From Akkermansiaceae bacterium (GTDB lineage: Bacteria; Verrucomicrobiota; Verrucomicrobiia; Verrucomicrobiales; Akkermansiaceae), in NCBI GenBank assembly GCA_040881795.1, contig JBBECN010000235.1, forward strand, positions 817 to 64,816: a stretch of DNA of 64,000 nucleotides, written 5' to 3'. How positions within the stretch are numbered: the stretch's first letter is position 1; each line of letters starts with the position of its first letter. The notes under the pieces were generated by a model. It saw only the letters and a program-made list of their open reading frames with translations, made no database searches and was not told the DNA's origin. Positions 39,502 through 48,848 of the stretch are shown piece after piece. Both the position numbers and the translations under genes were made by a program.

Positions 39502-40917
39502 ATGAATTTCCCGCCTGAGCTGAGGCAAATGCTGGTGTGGTTGATGGGGACCTTGGCGACCGCGAGCGCGGGGGTAGAAGGATTGATCGCGCTCGAACCC
39601 GGGGGTGCCAAACTCGAGGGGATCGAGGTGGCGGCGGGAACGGTGGAGAAGCCGGCACCGACCCGCCTGGTGGGGTTTGATGACGCCAAGGACCGAGCTC
39701 GCTGGGAGTTCGCCGCGAAAGCCGGAATTTACCAATTGGCCGTGATCGGTCGCACACCTCATGGGCGCAAAGCATTTGAGGGGAAGGTGGGACGCTTTCC
39801 ATTCTCAAGTTTTTTCGACAATCGAGATTTGGGAGCCGTTCCGTTGGGAATCGTCGAACTTGTCGATGGCCCCAACCAACTTGAGATCGGCGGCGGCTGG
39901 GGTTATTACGAAATCACCGGGCTGACGCTGACGCCTGCAGTGGTGCCGGCGCCGCCGCAGCCAGGCCCGGCGGTGCCGGCCAATCCGGATGCGACGCCAG
40001 CGGCCAGAAGCCTGCTGCGGGCGATTGCCGCGAGCTACGGCAAGCAAACCTTGAGCGGCCAAATGGAAACGCGGGATCTCGGTCTCATCCAAAAGGCGGG
40101 TGCGGACGCCCCGGCGATCATCGCCACCGACCTGATGTTTCATTCGCCAAGCATGGTGGAGCGTCAAGGACCGCCGAAAGGCCACCCGGAATCGTTTGTG
40201 CCGCTGGCCGCGCAAGGTCACATCATCTCTTTGATGTGGCATTGGAACGCTCCGTCCGGTCTGGTGAGCAACGACGAGTTTCCCTGGTGGCGCGGCTTTT
40301 ACACCGACGGCACCAGCTTTGACCTTGCGGCCGCCCTCGCCGATCCGGCGGGAGCGGAATATTCCCTGCTGCTGCGTGATATCGATGCAATCGCCGTTCA
40401 ACTCGCCAAATTTGACAAGGCCGGTGTTCCAATACTCTGGCGGCCATTGCATGAGGCCGATGGCGGCTGGTTCTGGTGGGGAGCCAAAGGACCGGACGCC
40501 TTCAAAAAACTCTGGCGGATCCTATTCGAGCGGCTCACCCGCCACCACCAGCTTCACAACCTGTTGTGGGTGCTGACGGTGGAACATACCGATTGGTATC
40601 CGGGCGACGACGTGGTGGATGTGGCGTGCATCGACGTCTATCCGACGGACCGCGACGATCCGCTGGTAGGCCGCTGGCAGAAACAGCGGGATTTTTACGA
40701 TGGACGCAAGCCGCTCGCGTTGGGCGAATATCCGGGCATCCCGGATATTCCGAGGATGCGCCGCCTCGGTGTCCACTGGGCATGGTTCTGCTCGTGGCAG
40801 GGCGAGCACGGTCCGCGACTCACCGCGCCGGAGGAGATCCGCCGCATTTTCCATTCGGATGATGTGATCACGCTGCGGGACACTCCCGCCTTTCTGCAAC
40901 AGTCCGCCGGAGAATAG
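39502..40917 (+). CDS. GH26 beta-mannanase with CBM35-like module
   Basis: WHWNAP, WWRGFYT, LWRPLHEADGGWFWWG and ALGEYP; signal peptide; no sorting tail. The ORF-track start at 39475 lies inside the operator. Confidence 0.92.
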   Translation: MNFPPELRQMLVWLMGTLATASAGVEGLIALEPGGAKLEGIEVAAGTVEKPAPTRLVGFDDAKDRARWEFAAKAGIYQLAVIGRTPHGRKAFEGKVGRFPFSSFFDNRDLGAVPLGIVELVDGPNQLEIGGGWGYYEITGLTLTPAVVPAPPQPGPAVPANPDATPAARSLLRAIAASYGKQTLSGQMETRDLGLIQKAGADAPAIIATDLMFHSPSMVERQGPPKGHPESFVPLAAQGHIISLMWHWNAPSGLVSNDEFPWWRGFYTDGTSFDLAAALADPAGAEYSLLLRDIDAIAVQLAKFDKAGVPILWRPLHEADGGWFWWGAKGPDAFKKLWRILFERLTRHHQLHNLLWVLTVEHTDWYPGDDVVDVACIDVYPTDRDDPLVGRWQKQRDFYDGRKPLALGEYPGIPDIPRMRRLGVHWAWFCSWQGEHGPRLTAPEEIRRIFHSDDVITLRDTPAFLQQSAGE

Positions 40918-40964
40918 GATTCTCCGGCAAGTTTCGCCCGCCCGTCTTCTCCAATCTCAAGGAT

Positions 40965-42476
40965 ATGCCAAACCACAAACCCACCAAGCCCACTACCGCG
41001 GAAGTTTCCATCTCGATTTCAAGAAAGGTGCGCCATCGCATGGCCAGCGGGGTGGGCGCATCCTGGCATTCCATCATTCATCCCCCGGTCAGTCATGGTG
41101 GCAGCGCTTTTGGCGGCTCGCCGCCGGTGACGCCCCAACACGAAAAACTCTGGCAATCCATCGAGCGGCAGGCCGACTGGCTGGGACTGAAATTCATCCG
41201 CGCTGAAATGGATTGGCGGCAGTGGCAACCGGAACGCGGGAGATTCACCTGGAACAGCCCGGAAATCGCAATTCTTGAGCGGATCCTGTCATGGGCGGAT
41301 CGTCACGATACCGACGTGATGCTCCAGTGCATGTGGCCCAATGTCGAATGGCTTGCGTTTCCCGAATACCAGGGCGACCCGGCGCTCACGCAGGTTTCAG
41401 CGCCGGCCGATCTTGATGCCTTTGCCGAAGGATGGGTGATTCTGCTCGATGAGCTGATCCACAAACGCGGTCACAAATCGATCCGCTGGATCAATCTGGT
41501 CAATGAGCCGAACTTTTATTGGTGGCTGATTCCGCCGGATTCCGGTGCCAGCCAGGACAGGGAAAAACAAGCGGCCTATTTGGCGGAGGCGATGAAGAAA
41601 GTCCGCGCCGCCATCTCAGCTGCGAATCTACCCGTGTCGCTGATGGGGCCCGATTATACCGATCTCCCGGTGATTGAAACGCTGGCGGACGAACCCTGGT
41701 TCAAGGAGGTCGATGACGTCGATTTCCACAGCTACTGCTCGTGTTTCGACTGGGAGGACCCCAAGCAACAACCTGCATCGTGGGCCTACCGAATGGGCGA
41801 ACGGCTCGAGCAAACCCTGGTCAAATACCGCGCCGAGACCACGGCGGCCGGCAAGGGGCTCTATCTGACCGAGTTTGGCACGCAGACCTACGGCTACGCG
41901 GCGGATGATCCGGCACCGGGGTGTTTCAAAGCCTCGCTCAAGGACACCGAACTGCTCATCCGTGCGCTCAACCTCGGAATCGACGGCTGCAACCACTGGA
42001 GTTTTGTCAACCGGGGCGATGCCGACGGGCAGTGGCAGTTCATCGATACCTGGGACCGCCAGTGGAAACACTGGCTCGCGGAAGCGGTCCCGCACGCCGG
42101 AAACTATCAGGTGCTGGGCATCGCCACCCGCCATCTGCCACAGCGTGCCGAGGTTCTTGAAACCACCGTCAGCGGTGGCATGGCGGATGACTGCCAGCGG
42201 GTCTGGGCCACCGCCGCCCGCAGTCCGAAGGACGGGAGCCACACGCTGCTCGTCGTCAACGACGCCATGCGTCCTTGGCAGGTCCGCCTAACAGTTCAAG
42301 GCGTGGGTGGCGAATTCCACCGCATGACCTCCACCGCGGATGCGAGCTTGGAGCAGGTTCTCGACTATCACCCCGTCAGCTTCGTGGCCGGGGTGGCGGA
42401 TCTCAACCTGCCGCCGTTCAGTCTTACCATCCTCACCGACCAACCCCTCGAATTGGATGCGCCTGGACGGTGGTGA
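40965..42476 (+). CDS. Clan GH-A glycoside hydrolase (GH5/GH30/GH39-like), probably cytoplasmic
   Basis: INLVNEP acid/base, YLTEFG nucleophile, and a C-terminal beta-sandwich (LLVVND...LPPFSLTIL); no signal peptide. Confidence 0.75.
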   Translation: MPNHKPTKPTTAEVSISISRKVRHRMASGVGASWHSIIHPPVSHGGSAFGGSPPVTPQHEKLWQSIERQADWLGLKFIRAEMDWRQWQPERGRFTWNSPEIAILERILSWADRHDTDVMLQCMWPNVEWLAFPEYQGDPALTQVSAPADLDAFAEGWVILLDELIHKRGHKSIRWINLVNEPNFYWWLIPPDSGASQDREKQAAYLAEAMKKVRAAISAANLPVSLMGPDYTDLPVIETLADEPWFKEVDDVDFHSYCSCFDWEDPKQQPASWAYRMGERLEQTLVKYRAETTAAGKGLYLTEFGTQTYGYAADDPAPGCFKASLKDTELLIRALNLGIDGCNHWSFVNRGDADGQWQFIDTWDRQWKHWLAEAVPHAGNYQVLGIATRHLPQRAEVLETTVSGGMADDCQRVWATAARSPKDGSHTLLVVNDAMRPWQVRLTVQGVGGEFHRMTSTADASLEQVLDYHPVSFVAGVADLNLPPFSLTILTDQPLELDAPGRW

Positions 42477-42619
42477 CGCCATGAGACACGCACAAACGCA
42501 GGATCCGGAAATCAGGGCGGCCATGCCGACTGGCGGTGTGCGGAAGATCCACAAGGTCACAACCGCATCTGAAGCGCTGGAATGTTGCGCCTCGAAGCGT
42601 GGTTGTATGGAACAGAGCG

Positions 42620-44377
42620 ATGAAAACAAGCAACTATGACAAGTTTCCAGTGGTGGCGGTTCCTGATAGCAGTGGCGATTGCGTGACAGGATGGGAGGCG
42701 ATCACGGCGACGCTGTTCGGGTTTATCCGGGCTCGCCACGAACGAAAAACCATCGTGGTGGTTGAGTGTTATCCCGGCGTTCACGAGGAACAGCTGCTGG
42801 AGGCGCTGGCGACTTCGCTTAGACCCGTGCTGGCGCTCCAAGCATCCGATGGGATGCTTCCGCCGGACAGCATCGAGACACTGGTTGCACCGTTTCTTGG
42901 AGGGGATGATCCGGTTTTCGGCTATCTTTCCCCGCTTGAGCTGCCCTCGTTTTTTGATGCAGGGCGCGTGGCCCGGTTGCGCGCGCTCATCGAATCGGCA
43001 GCACAGGGCCTGGTGGTGGTGGTGGGTTGCGGGGCGCGATTGATTCATGCGGGCGACGTGTTGGTCTATGCCGACCTCGCCCGCTGGGAGGCCCAGCTTC
43101 GTTTTCGCCGCAACGAATGTGGCAACCTCGGCACCGCAAACCATACCTTTGCTGCAAGCTTGCAATACAAGCGAGCATTTTTCGTGGACTGGCGAGTGGC
43201 GGACCGATGGAAGCGCCCGCTGATCGCCGAGTGGGATTTCGCGCTGGATACCCACGATCCATTGAAGCCGAAACTCGCGACGGGTGATGCGCTGAGGCGG
43301 GGTCTCCGGCACACGGTCACACGGCCATTCCGTGTGGTTCCGTTCTTCGATCCCGCACCTTGGGGCGGGCAATGGATGAAAGATGTCTGCGATCTTGACC
43401 GCAGCGTCCCGAACTACGGATGGTGCTTCGATTGCGTGCCGGAGGAAAACAGCTTGCTGCTGGAGTTTGGCGGAATCCGGTTTGAAATTCCTGCCATCAA
43501 TCTGGTGTTTGACCAGCCCCAATCGCTGTTAGGTAATGAGGTCTTTGCCCGCTTTGGTGCGGAATTCCCCATCCGTTTCGATTTGCTCGACACGATGGAT
43601 GGCGGAAACCTGTCATTCCAGGTGCATCCCCTGGTGGAATACATCCGGGAGAAATTCGGAATGGCATACACTCAGGACGAGAGTTATTATTTGTTGGATA
43701 GTGGAGCGGATGCGAAGGTTGTCCTCGGATTGAGGGATGGAGTTGATCCTGCGGCGATGCTGCGCGATCTGGAACTTGCCGCTGCTGGCGGCGCCTCGTT
43801 TCCAGCAGAAAAATACGCGAACTTCTGGCCAACGAAAATGCACGACCATTTCCTGATCCCAGCCGGCATGGTGCATTGTTGCGGCGCGAATTCGATGGTT
43901 CTCGAAATCAGTGCCACTCCCTACATCTTCACCTGCAAGTTATGGGACTGGGGTCGCCTGGGGCTGGACGGCAAGCCGCGGCCCATCCACCTCAAGCATG
44001 GCGCATCCAACATCCGGCGGGACCGCACTACCGAATGGATACGGCGCAATCTCATCAACCGCTTCCAACCCTTGTCCACTGGCAACGGATGGCGCGAAGA
44101 ACGCACCGGATTGCACGATTCCCATTTTATCGAGACACGCCGGCATTGGTTCACCAAACAAGTCCCCCACCATACGAATGGCGGGGTCAATGTGCTGAAC
44201 CTCGTCGCGGGCGACAGGGCGCTGGTGGAAAGTCCCGATGGCATGTTCGATCCATACGAGGTGCATTATGCAGAGACCTTCGTTGTGCCGGCCGCAGTCG
44301 GTGCCTATACGGTCCGGTCAGTTGCCAACCGGGCCGCGGAAGAACTCGCAACGATCAAAGCCAGTGTAAGATCATGA
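42620..44377 (+). CDS. manA: Class I mannose-6-phosphate isomerase, long form with N-terminal extension
   Basis: PWGGQWMK, EFPIRFDLLDTMDGGNLSFQVHP, QDESYY and IPAGMVH...LEIS cupin metal ligands. Start MKTSNY. Confidence 0.82.
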   Translation: MKTSNYDKFPVVAVPDSSGDCVTGWEAITATLFGFIRARHERKTIVVVECYPGVHEEQLLEALATSLRPVLALQASDGMLPPDSIETLVAPFLGGDDPVFGYLSPLELPSFFDAGRVARLRALIESAAQGLVVVVGCGARLIHAGDVLVYADLARWEAQLRFRRNECGNLGTANHTFAASLQYKRAFFVDWRVADRWKRPLIAEWDFALDTHDPLKPKLATGDALRRGLRHTVTRPFRVVPFFDPAPWGGQWMKDVCDLDRSVPNYGWCFDCVPEENSLLLEFGGIRFEIPAINLVFDQPQSLLGNEVFARFGAEFPIRFDLLDTMDGGNLSFQVHPLVEYIREKFGMAYTQDESYYLLDSGADAKVVLGLRDGVDPAAMLRDLELAAAGGASFPAEKYANFWPTKMHDHFLIPAGMVHCCGANSMVLEISATPYIFTCKLWDWGRLGLDGKPRPIHLKHGASNIRRDRTTEWIRRNLINRFQPLSTGNGWREERTGLHDSHFIETRRHWFTKQVPHHTNGGVNVLNLVAGDRALVESPDGMFDPYEVHYAETFVVPAAVGAYTVRSVANRAAEELATIKASVRS

Positions 44378-44405
44378 TGCCATGAGAGTGCGGGACACCG
44401 CGGAT

Positions 44406-45110
44406 TCAGCGCGTGATCCATGACGGCGTATCGCCGTAACAATTGACCGCCGCCTGTTTGGTCCTGGGGTGGATGTAGCTGATCGCGAGATCACGCTTGT
44501 CCGTGCCGGTGAACCAGCGTGTCTGATTGACCGCCCGCCACCCACCGTCACTCGTGGAATCAGCGATGGAAATGATCACAGAGACCTGCCCGCGGTCATT
44601 GGTTTTGCGGGCCATCGGGATATTTTCGATTTTACCGGGGGCGATATCCTTGAGGTGTTCGCCGATGGATAAGCGAAACGGCAGCGTCGAAAGGTTGACG
44701 GCCATGGTGGACCCCATGGGAAAATTCCGTTCTGAATCGTCGATGACGAAGCAACGATAGGGTGAACCATCCGGGGCACCAGGGATGAAGATCACGAGCT
44801 GGCGCGGGCCTGGGACGGCTTTGGCGGTGGCGATGATCTTGAATTTGGACGCTCCCGCGGCTGCCTCATCCGGCACCGCGAAGGTGAGCATTTCATCGCT
44901 GGCAAACGCATCGACTTCCTCGGAAATCACCGTGGTGAAGAGCGTGACTTCGACTGCCTTGGGTTTTTCGCCGCCACTGATGGCGAAAAGTTTCTTTAAA
45001 TCGCCGACGTGCTGAAAACAAATCGAGCGGAGCTTCACCGGGCGGATCTGCTGGGCGGACAGCTGTGCGGCAAGGGACGATGCGATCAGCACCACGAGGA
45101 GGAATTTCAT
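44406..45110 (-). CDS. Secreted ~230-aa hypothetical protein, partner of Verru_Chthon-A-like protein (copy 2)
   Basis: Signal peptide; paralogue of 14841-15539; starts 30 bp after the A-like stop. Confidence 0.8.
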   Translation of the reverse strand: MKFLLVVLIASSLAAQLSAQQIRPVKLRSICFQHVGDLKKLFAISGGEKPKAVEVTLFTTVISEEVDAFASDEMLTFAVPDEAAAGASKFKIIATAKAVPGPRQLVIFIPGAPDGSPYRCFVIDDSERNFPMGSTMAVNLSTLPFRLSIGEHLKDIAPGKIENIPMARKTNDRGQVSVIISIADSTSDGGWRAVNQTRWFTGTDKRDLAISYIHPRTKQAAVNCYGDTPSWITR

Positions 45111-45140
45111 GCTGTTTGCTGGATCGTAAGGAAGGCGTTG

Positions 45141-48100
45141 TCAAACCTCATTGGCGTTCAACCAGCGGAAGGACACCACTTCGAAGCGCCGGCCGAAGCG
45201 GCGATTGACCGGGCTGAGGTCGCTCATGGAGCGGCCGGAGGCGAGAATCGCGGACTGCACTTTTTCCGGTGCATCGGCTGGATCGATAAACGCCGGCACG
45301 CGTTGAATGACCGCTTCGCACCAAGCCCGTGCGGTGACGCCTGCGCTATCACGGGCAGCCCCGTAGGAGCGGATCACGAAGGTATCCGAGCGAACGGTCA
45401 TCGAGGCACCAATGGCGGACAGCAGGTCACCCTGGCTGAGGATTGCGGAGGCACCTTCTTCGGTGTTGCCAGCGGCGGCTTTTGGATTGGCGTAGCCGAA
45501 TGCGGCTGCCTCGTTTTCCTCGATGATCCGGTTGACCGGTCCCATCGGGATCTCATTGATGCCGGATTTGCGGATGGCTTCCTCCAACGCTCCGCGCGCG
45601 GACATGTCATCCGAGGCTGGTCCGAGGCGGCGGTTGACGAATTCTGCCATCGAAAGAAAGGGCCCGCGGGTGCGGACTTCGGTGATGATGGCATCCACCA
45701 GTTTGTCAATTTCCGGCTCTTCCAACTCACGGAAGCCCGACCAGCGCTTTTGATTGTCCATGCTATTGGTCTTGGTCACCCGATCACCGATCGGCCGACT
45801 GAGGCGGGGGAATGGCGAATGCGCGGCGGTGCGCACCACCTCCCTGTAGGTAGAAGGATTGACCGAGGGGTCCCTGATTTCGATCGGACCGAGAACCGGC
45901 AGTTCCATCTGGCGCAGTGAGGTGAGTGTGGCCTTCCAAGCGCTCTTCGACGTCGAGTTCACATTGAAACCGCCTTTGATGGCAAGCATTGCTGCAAGGT
46001 CGGACCAGGCGGGGGAAGTGACGGCTTTCAAGGCGGCCGCTTTGGAGTCCTGCCCGGGCGCGAGCATGGGAACCATACGGGGAATGATGGGTAGAGGTTT
46101 TTGATCAAACAACAGGTTTGCATCGCTCAGATTACGGATGCCGGAAAAGTAATAAGCATCCCATAGCGTTTGATTGGCAAACCAGGCATGATCCAACACT
46201 TCATAACCGAAGGTGCTAGAGGCTTGTGCCTTATCTGCCGGGACGACAGGTGAAGCGAGTGACTCGCCGACGGTGTGTTGGACCAAGGGCAGGTGTCCGC
46301 TGCTGGCGAGGTTCGCATGGCGGAAGTCCGCCAGATTGACCAGCGGGGTGGTCGGCAGGTTTTGGCTGACATAGTGCACCGCGCCGTTGCCGCGGGTGGT
46401 TCCGGAAAAATGGAACGCCCGGTTGACATCATCCGCGTCGATCGAACCGACGGTGCTAGCGCCCGTTCCGGTGATGGGGAGCAGAGACATTTCCATCGGC
46501 ATGAGGGCAGGGTGAGTCCCTGAAACATCCATTCGCAGGACGTGATGGACGAATGAGGAAGTGCGTCCCGGTTTGCCCGGGTAGAGCGAATCATTCGCGG
46601 TGCGGGTGCCGAGGGTGAAAATGGCGAATTGTTTCGGAGTCGAACCCCACCGGTTGATGGGGTTGGAGTCCGGATTTGACAGTGTGAGTTCGCTGACGGT
46701 GAAATCGCGTTCACGGCGGAATGGATAAGTCACTTTGCCAATCGTGGAGTGGTTTCCATTCTGGAGAATCTCGGTGAGTTTGGCCTGATTGCCGTAGTTG
46801 TATTCGAAAATGCCGAGCGGAGTATCGCGTCCTGCCACTTTGGCTTGGAAATCCACGATGATCTTGCCACCGCCGGAACCGGGCATCACCGGAGAGACCT
46901 CCACGTTCACCGAGTCGGTGGGGCCCACACCAAATACGCCAAGAATCGAATTATCTTTCCCGCGTCCATCGGCGGTGGGGTTGCTGATGTTGGGCACCAA
47001 CCAATCCACGATGTAGCCACTGCGATAGTCCCACCCGGCACCGGAAAAGACGTTCTTGGTTTTGCTGGAATCAAGGTTGTTCTGATAGAGGTAGTTGGTC
47101 ATGGAGCCCCAAGTCGCGGACGGTGGATGGCTGGTGCCGAAGACGCGGGCCTCGCCCGGATAGAGGGTGACGAGCGAGTCCGAGGCGGAACCCGCGCTGT
47201 TGCTGGCGGTGCAGGAAAACGGATCCTCCCAGTCGTTTCGAGTCTGAGAGGAAATGTGGAAACTGCTAAGCAGCGCTGGTTTCACGCTTTGCGGCTGGCC
47301 GTTGCGGAAGAATTTGAAGGCCACCGGAAGATTGCGGAAGGTGACTTTGAAATCCCGGAATTGAATCGGGACCGAGTAGGGATTGTAAACCGTGACCACC
47401 GGGGTGTAGATCAAATAGACCATATTACGGCGCTTGTTGTCACCTGTGCGATTTGAGATCCTACTCGCCCAGTCACCGTGTCCCACGCGCGAAACCAACG
47501 AAAACACTACCGAAACACGCGTCACCACCGGGGCGATCAGCGTGCCATCCAGCGGAGCGAGATTGGGGACCGTCCCGCGCATCGGCCTGTAGTTCTTGGG
47601 CACCGCCAACTGCAGAGGATTGACCGGTTTCTTGTAGAGCTGGTAATAGGCCGCGAGGGTGGAGAATAGTGGATCGGATACCGCCAGCTTGGTCTTTGAA
47701 TTGGAGTAAACGAAGCGGGATGTTAGATCATTGGGAAGGGATGGATCCTCAAAAGCTCTTGATAGATCCGCCTTGAGGCCGCCGGCGGCGACGTTGATTG
47801 GCAGGCTCATCGAATGAGTGGTGAGGTCGTGCAGGTAAGGCCGGAGTTGCTCGCGCCCGGCCACGAGTTCAGCTTGGTTGAGGCTGATGAGTTTTGCGGC
47901 GGTAGTTGCATCCACCCGAAGTGCGGCGGTGTTGGTGGAAATACCCTCGGCTTGTGGGCGTCCAGGTGCGCGGAGTCGGGACTGGCGCAGGCTGTCTTCC
48001 GCGAGTTGCGACTCGGCAGGCAAATCAATCCGGGCCTTTGTTCCTTCATCAAGCACTGCCCAAGCGATTTCCCCATTTTTGCCGATGCGTGTAGGTGCGA

Positions 48101-48620
48101 GGTGGGTGCCCCGGATCTTTTCGGTGAGGGATGTCCGGTCGGCGACCAAGGTGATGTTTGTGGCGGAGGGGGCGACTGCGCCGGGAGGAGACCTGGGGCC
48201 AGCGGGGCTTGCCGGGTCTCCAGAGGCCAGCCAGGTTATGAACTCACCGTCCGCCACCTCATCCGGTTTTTGGACCGTAGTTTTGCGGGATGAATAGTCA
48301 TTTGAGCCGTCCGGCGAGGGTTTCCAGGATTCCCAAACCCCGGTGACTCCGGGGCCCGCAGCGGGATCCACGAGGCTCGCCGGTGCCGTAACTCGCTGGT
48401 CGGACCCTGCCGCCTTCTGCAATTCACCCAGCGCCATCATCATGCCAAGACGCGCATTGGCTCGGGCCGTCGCCATCGATTCTGCCTGACCGGTTGAACG
48501 CAGTGAAATACTGGACAATGCCAACAAGCCCACCGCAATGACCGTCAGCAAAATCATCAACGAGAGCGTTACGACCAAGGCGAATCCGCTTGGGCGGTAA
48601 TTCTTAAATGCGATTTTCAT
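45141..48620 (-). CDS. Verru_Chthon cassette protein A-like giant pseudopilin (copy 2)
   Basis: G|FALVVTLSLMILLTVIAVGLL; ARANAR...GELQKAAGSDQRVTAPA; FNVNSTS; RGPFLSMAEFVNR; VRSDTFVIRSYG; GRRFEVVSFRWLNANEV. Confidence 0.82.
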   Translation of the reverse strand: MKIAFKNYRPSGFALVVTLSLMILLTVIAVGLLALSSISLRSTGQAESMATARANARLGMMMALGELQKAAGSDQRVTAPASLVDPAAGPGVTGVWESWKPSPDGSNDYSSRKTTVQKPDEVADGEFITWLASGDPASPAGPRSPPGAVAPSATNITLVADRTSLTEKIRGTHLAPTRIGKNGEIAWAVLDEGTKARIDLPAESQLAEDSLRQSRLRAPGRPQAEGISTNTAALRVDATTAAKLISLNQAELVAGREQLRPYLHDLTTHSMSLPINVAAGGLKADLSRAFEDPSLPNDLTSRFVYSNSKTKLAVSDPLFSTLAAYYQLYKKPVNPLQLAVPKNYRPMRGTVPNLAPLDGTLIAPVVTRVSVVFSLVSRVGHGDWASRISNRTGDNKRRNMVYLIYTPVVTVYNPYSVPIQFRDFKVTFRNLPVAFKFFRNGQPQSVKPALLSSFHISSQTRNDWEDPFSCTASNSAGSASDSLVTLYPGEARVFGTSHPPSATWGSMTNYLYQNNLDSSKTKNVFSGAGWDYRSGYIVDWLVPNISNPTADGRGKDNSILGVFGVGPTDSVNVEVSPVMPGSGGGKIIVDFQAKVAGRDTPLGIFEYNYGNQAKLTEILQNGNHSTIGKVTYPFRRERDFTVSELTLSNPDSNPINRWGSTPKQFAIFTLGTRTANDSLYPGKPGRTSSFVHHVLRMDVSGTHPALMPMEMSLLPITGTGASTVGSIDADDVNRAFHFSGTTRGNGAVHYVSQNLPTTPLVNLADFRHANLASSGHLPLVQHTVGESLASPVVPADKAQASSTFGYEVLDHAWFANQTLWDAYYFSGIRNLSDANLLFDQKPLPIIPRMVPMLAPGQDSKAAALKAVTSPAWSDLAAMLAIKGGFNVNSTSKSAWKATLTSLRQMELPVLGPIEIRDPSVNPSTYREVVRTAAHSPFPRLSRPIGDRVTKTNSMDNQKRWSGFRELEEPEIDKLVDAIITEVRTRGPFLSMAEFVNRRLGPASDDMSARGALEEAIRKSGINEIPMGPVNRIIEENEAAAFGYANPKAAAGNTEEGASAILSQGDLLSAIGASMTVRSDTFVIRSYGAARDSAGVTARAWCEAVIQRVPAFIDPADAPEKVQSAILASGRSMSDLSPVNRRFGRRFEVVSFRWLNANEV

Positions 48621-48848
48621 CAGAATGTTCAAATTGAAGGTGATATCGAAATGCGATACAACCCTAGATTAAAGACTTAGCGGATCTTCACATTTCTGGC
48701 TACCCCCCTTAGCGGGTGGTTTGTGGCCCCACACCGCAGGGGATTCACACTGCATTGACGCACGCGTCGGCGGGTTGGCAGTTGCTTGGCACCTGGGAAA
48801 ATGAGCGGCAGCAACAAGCGGATGGTGGTCGAAGGCATGACTGGGGGC

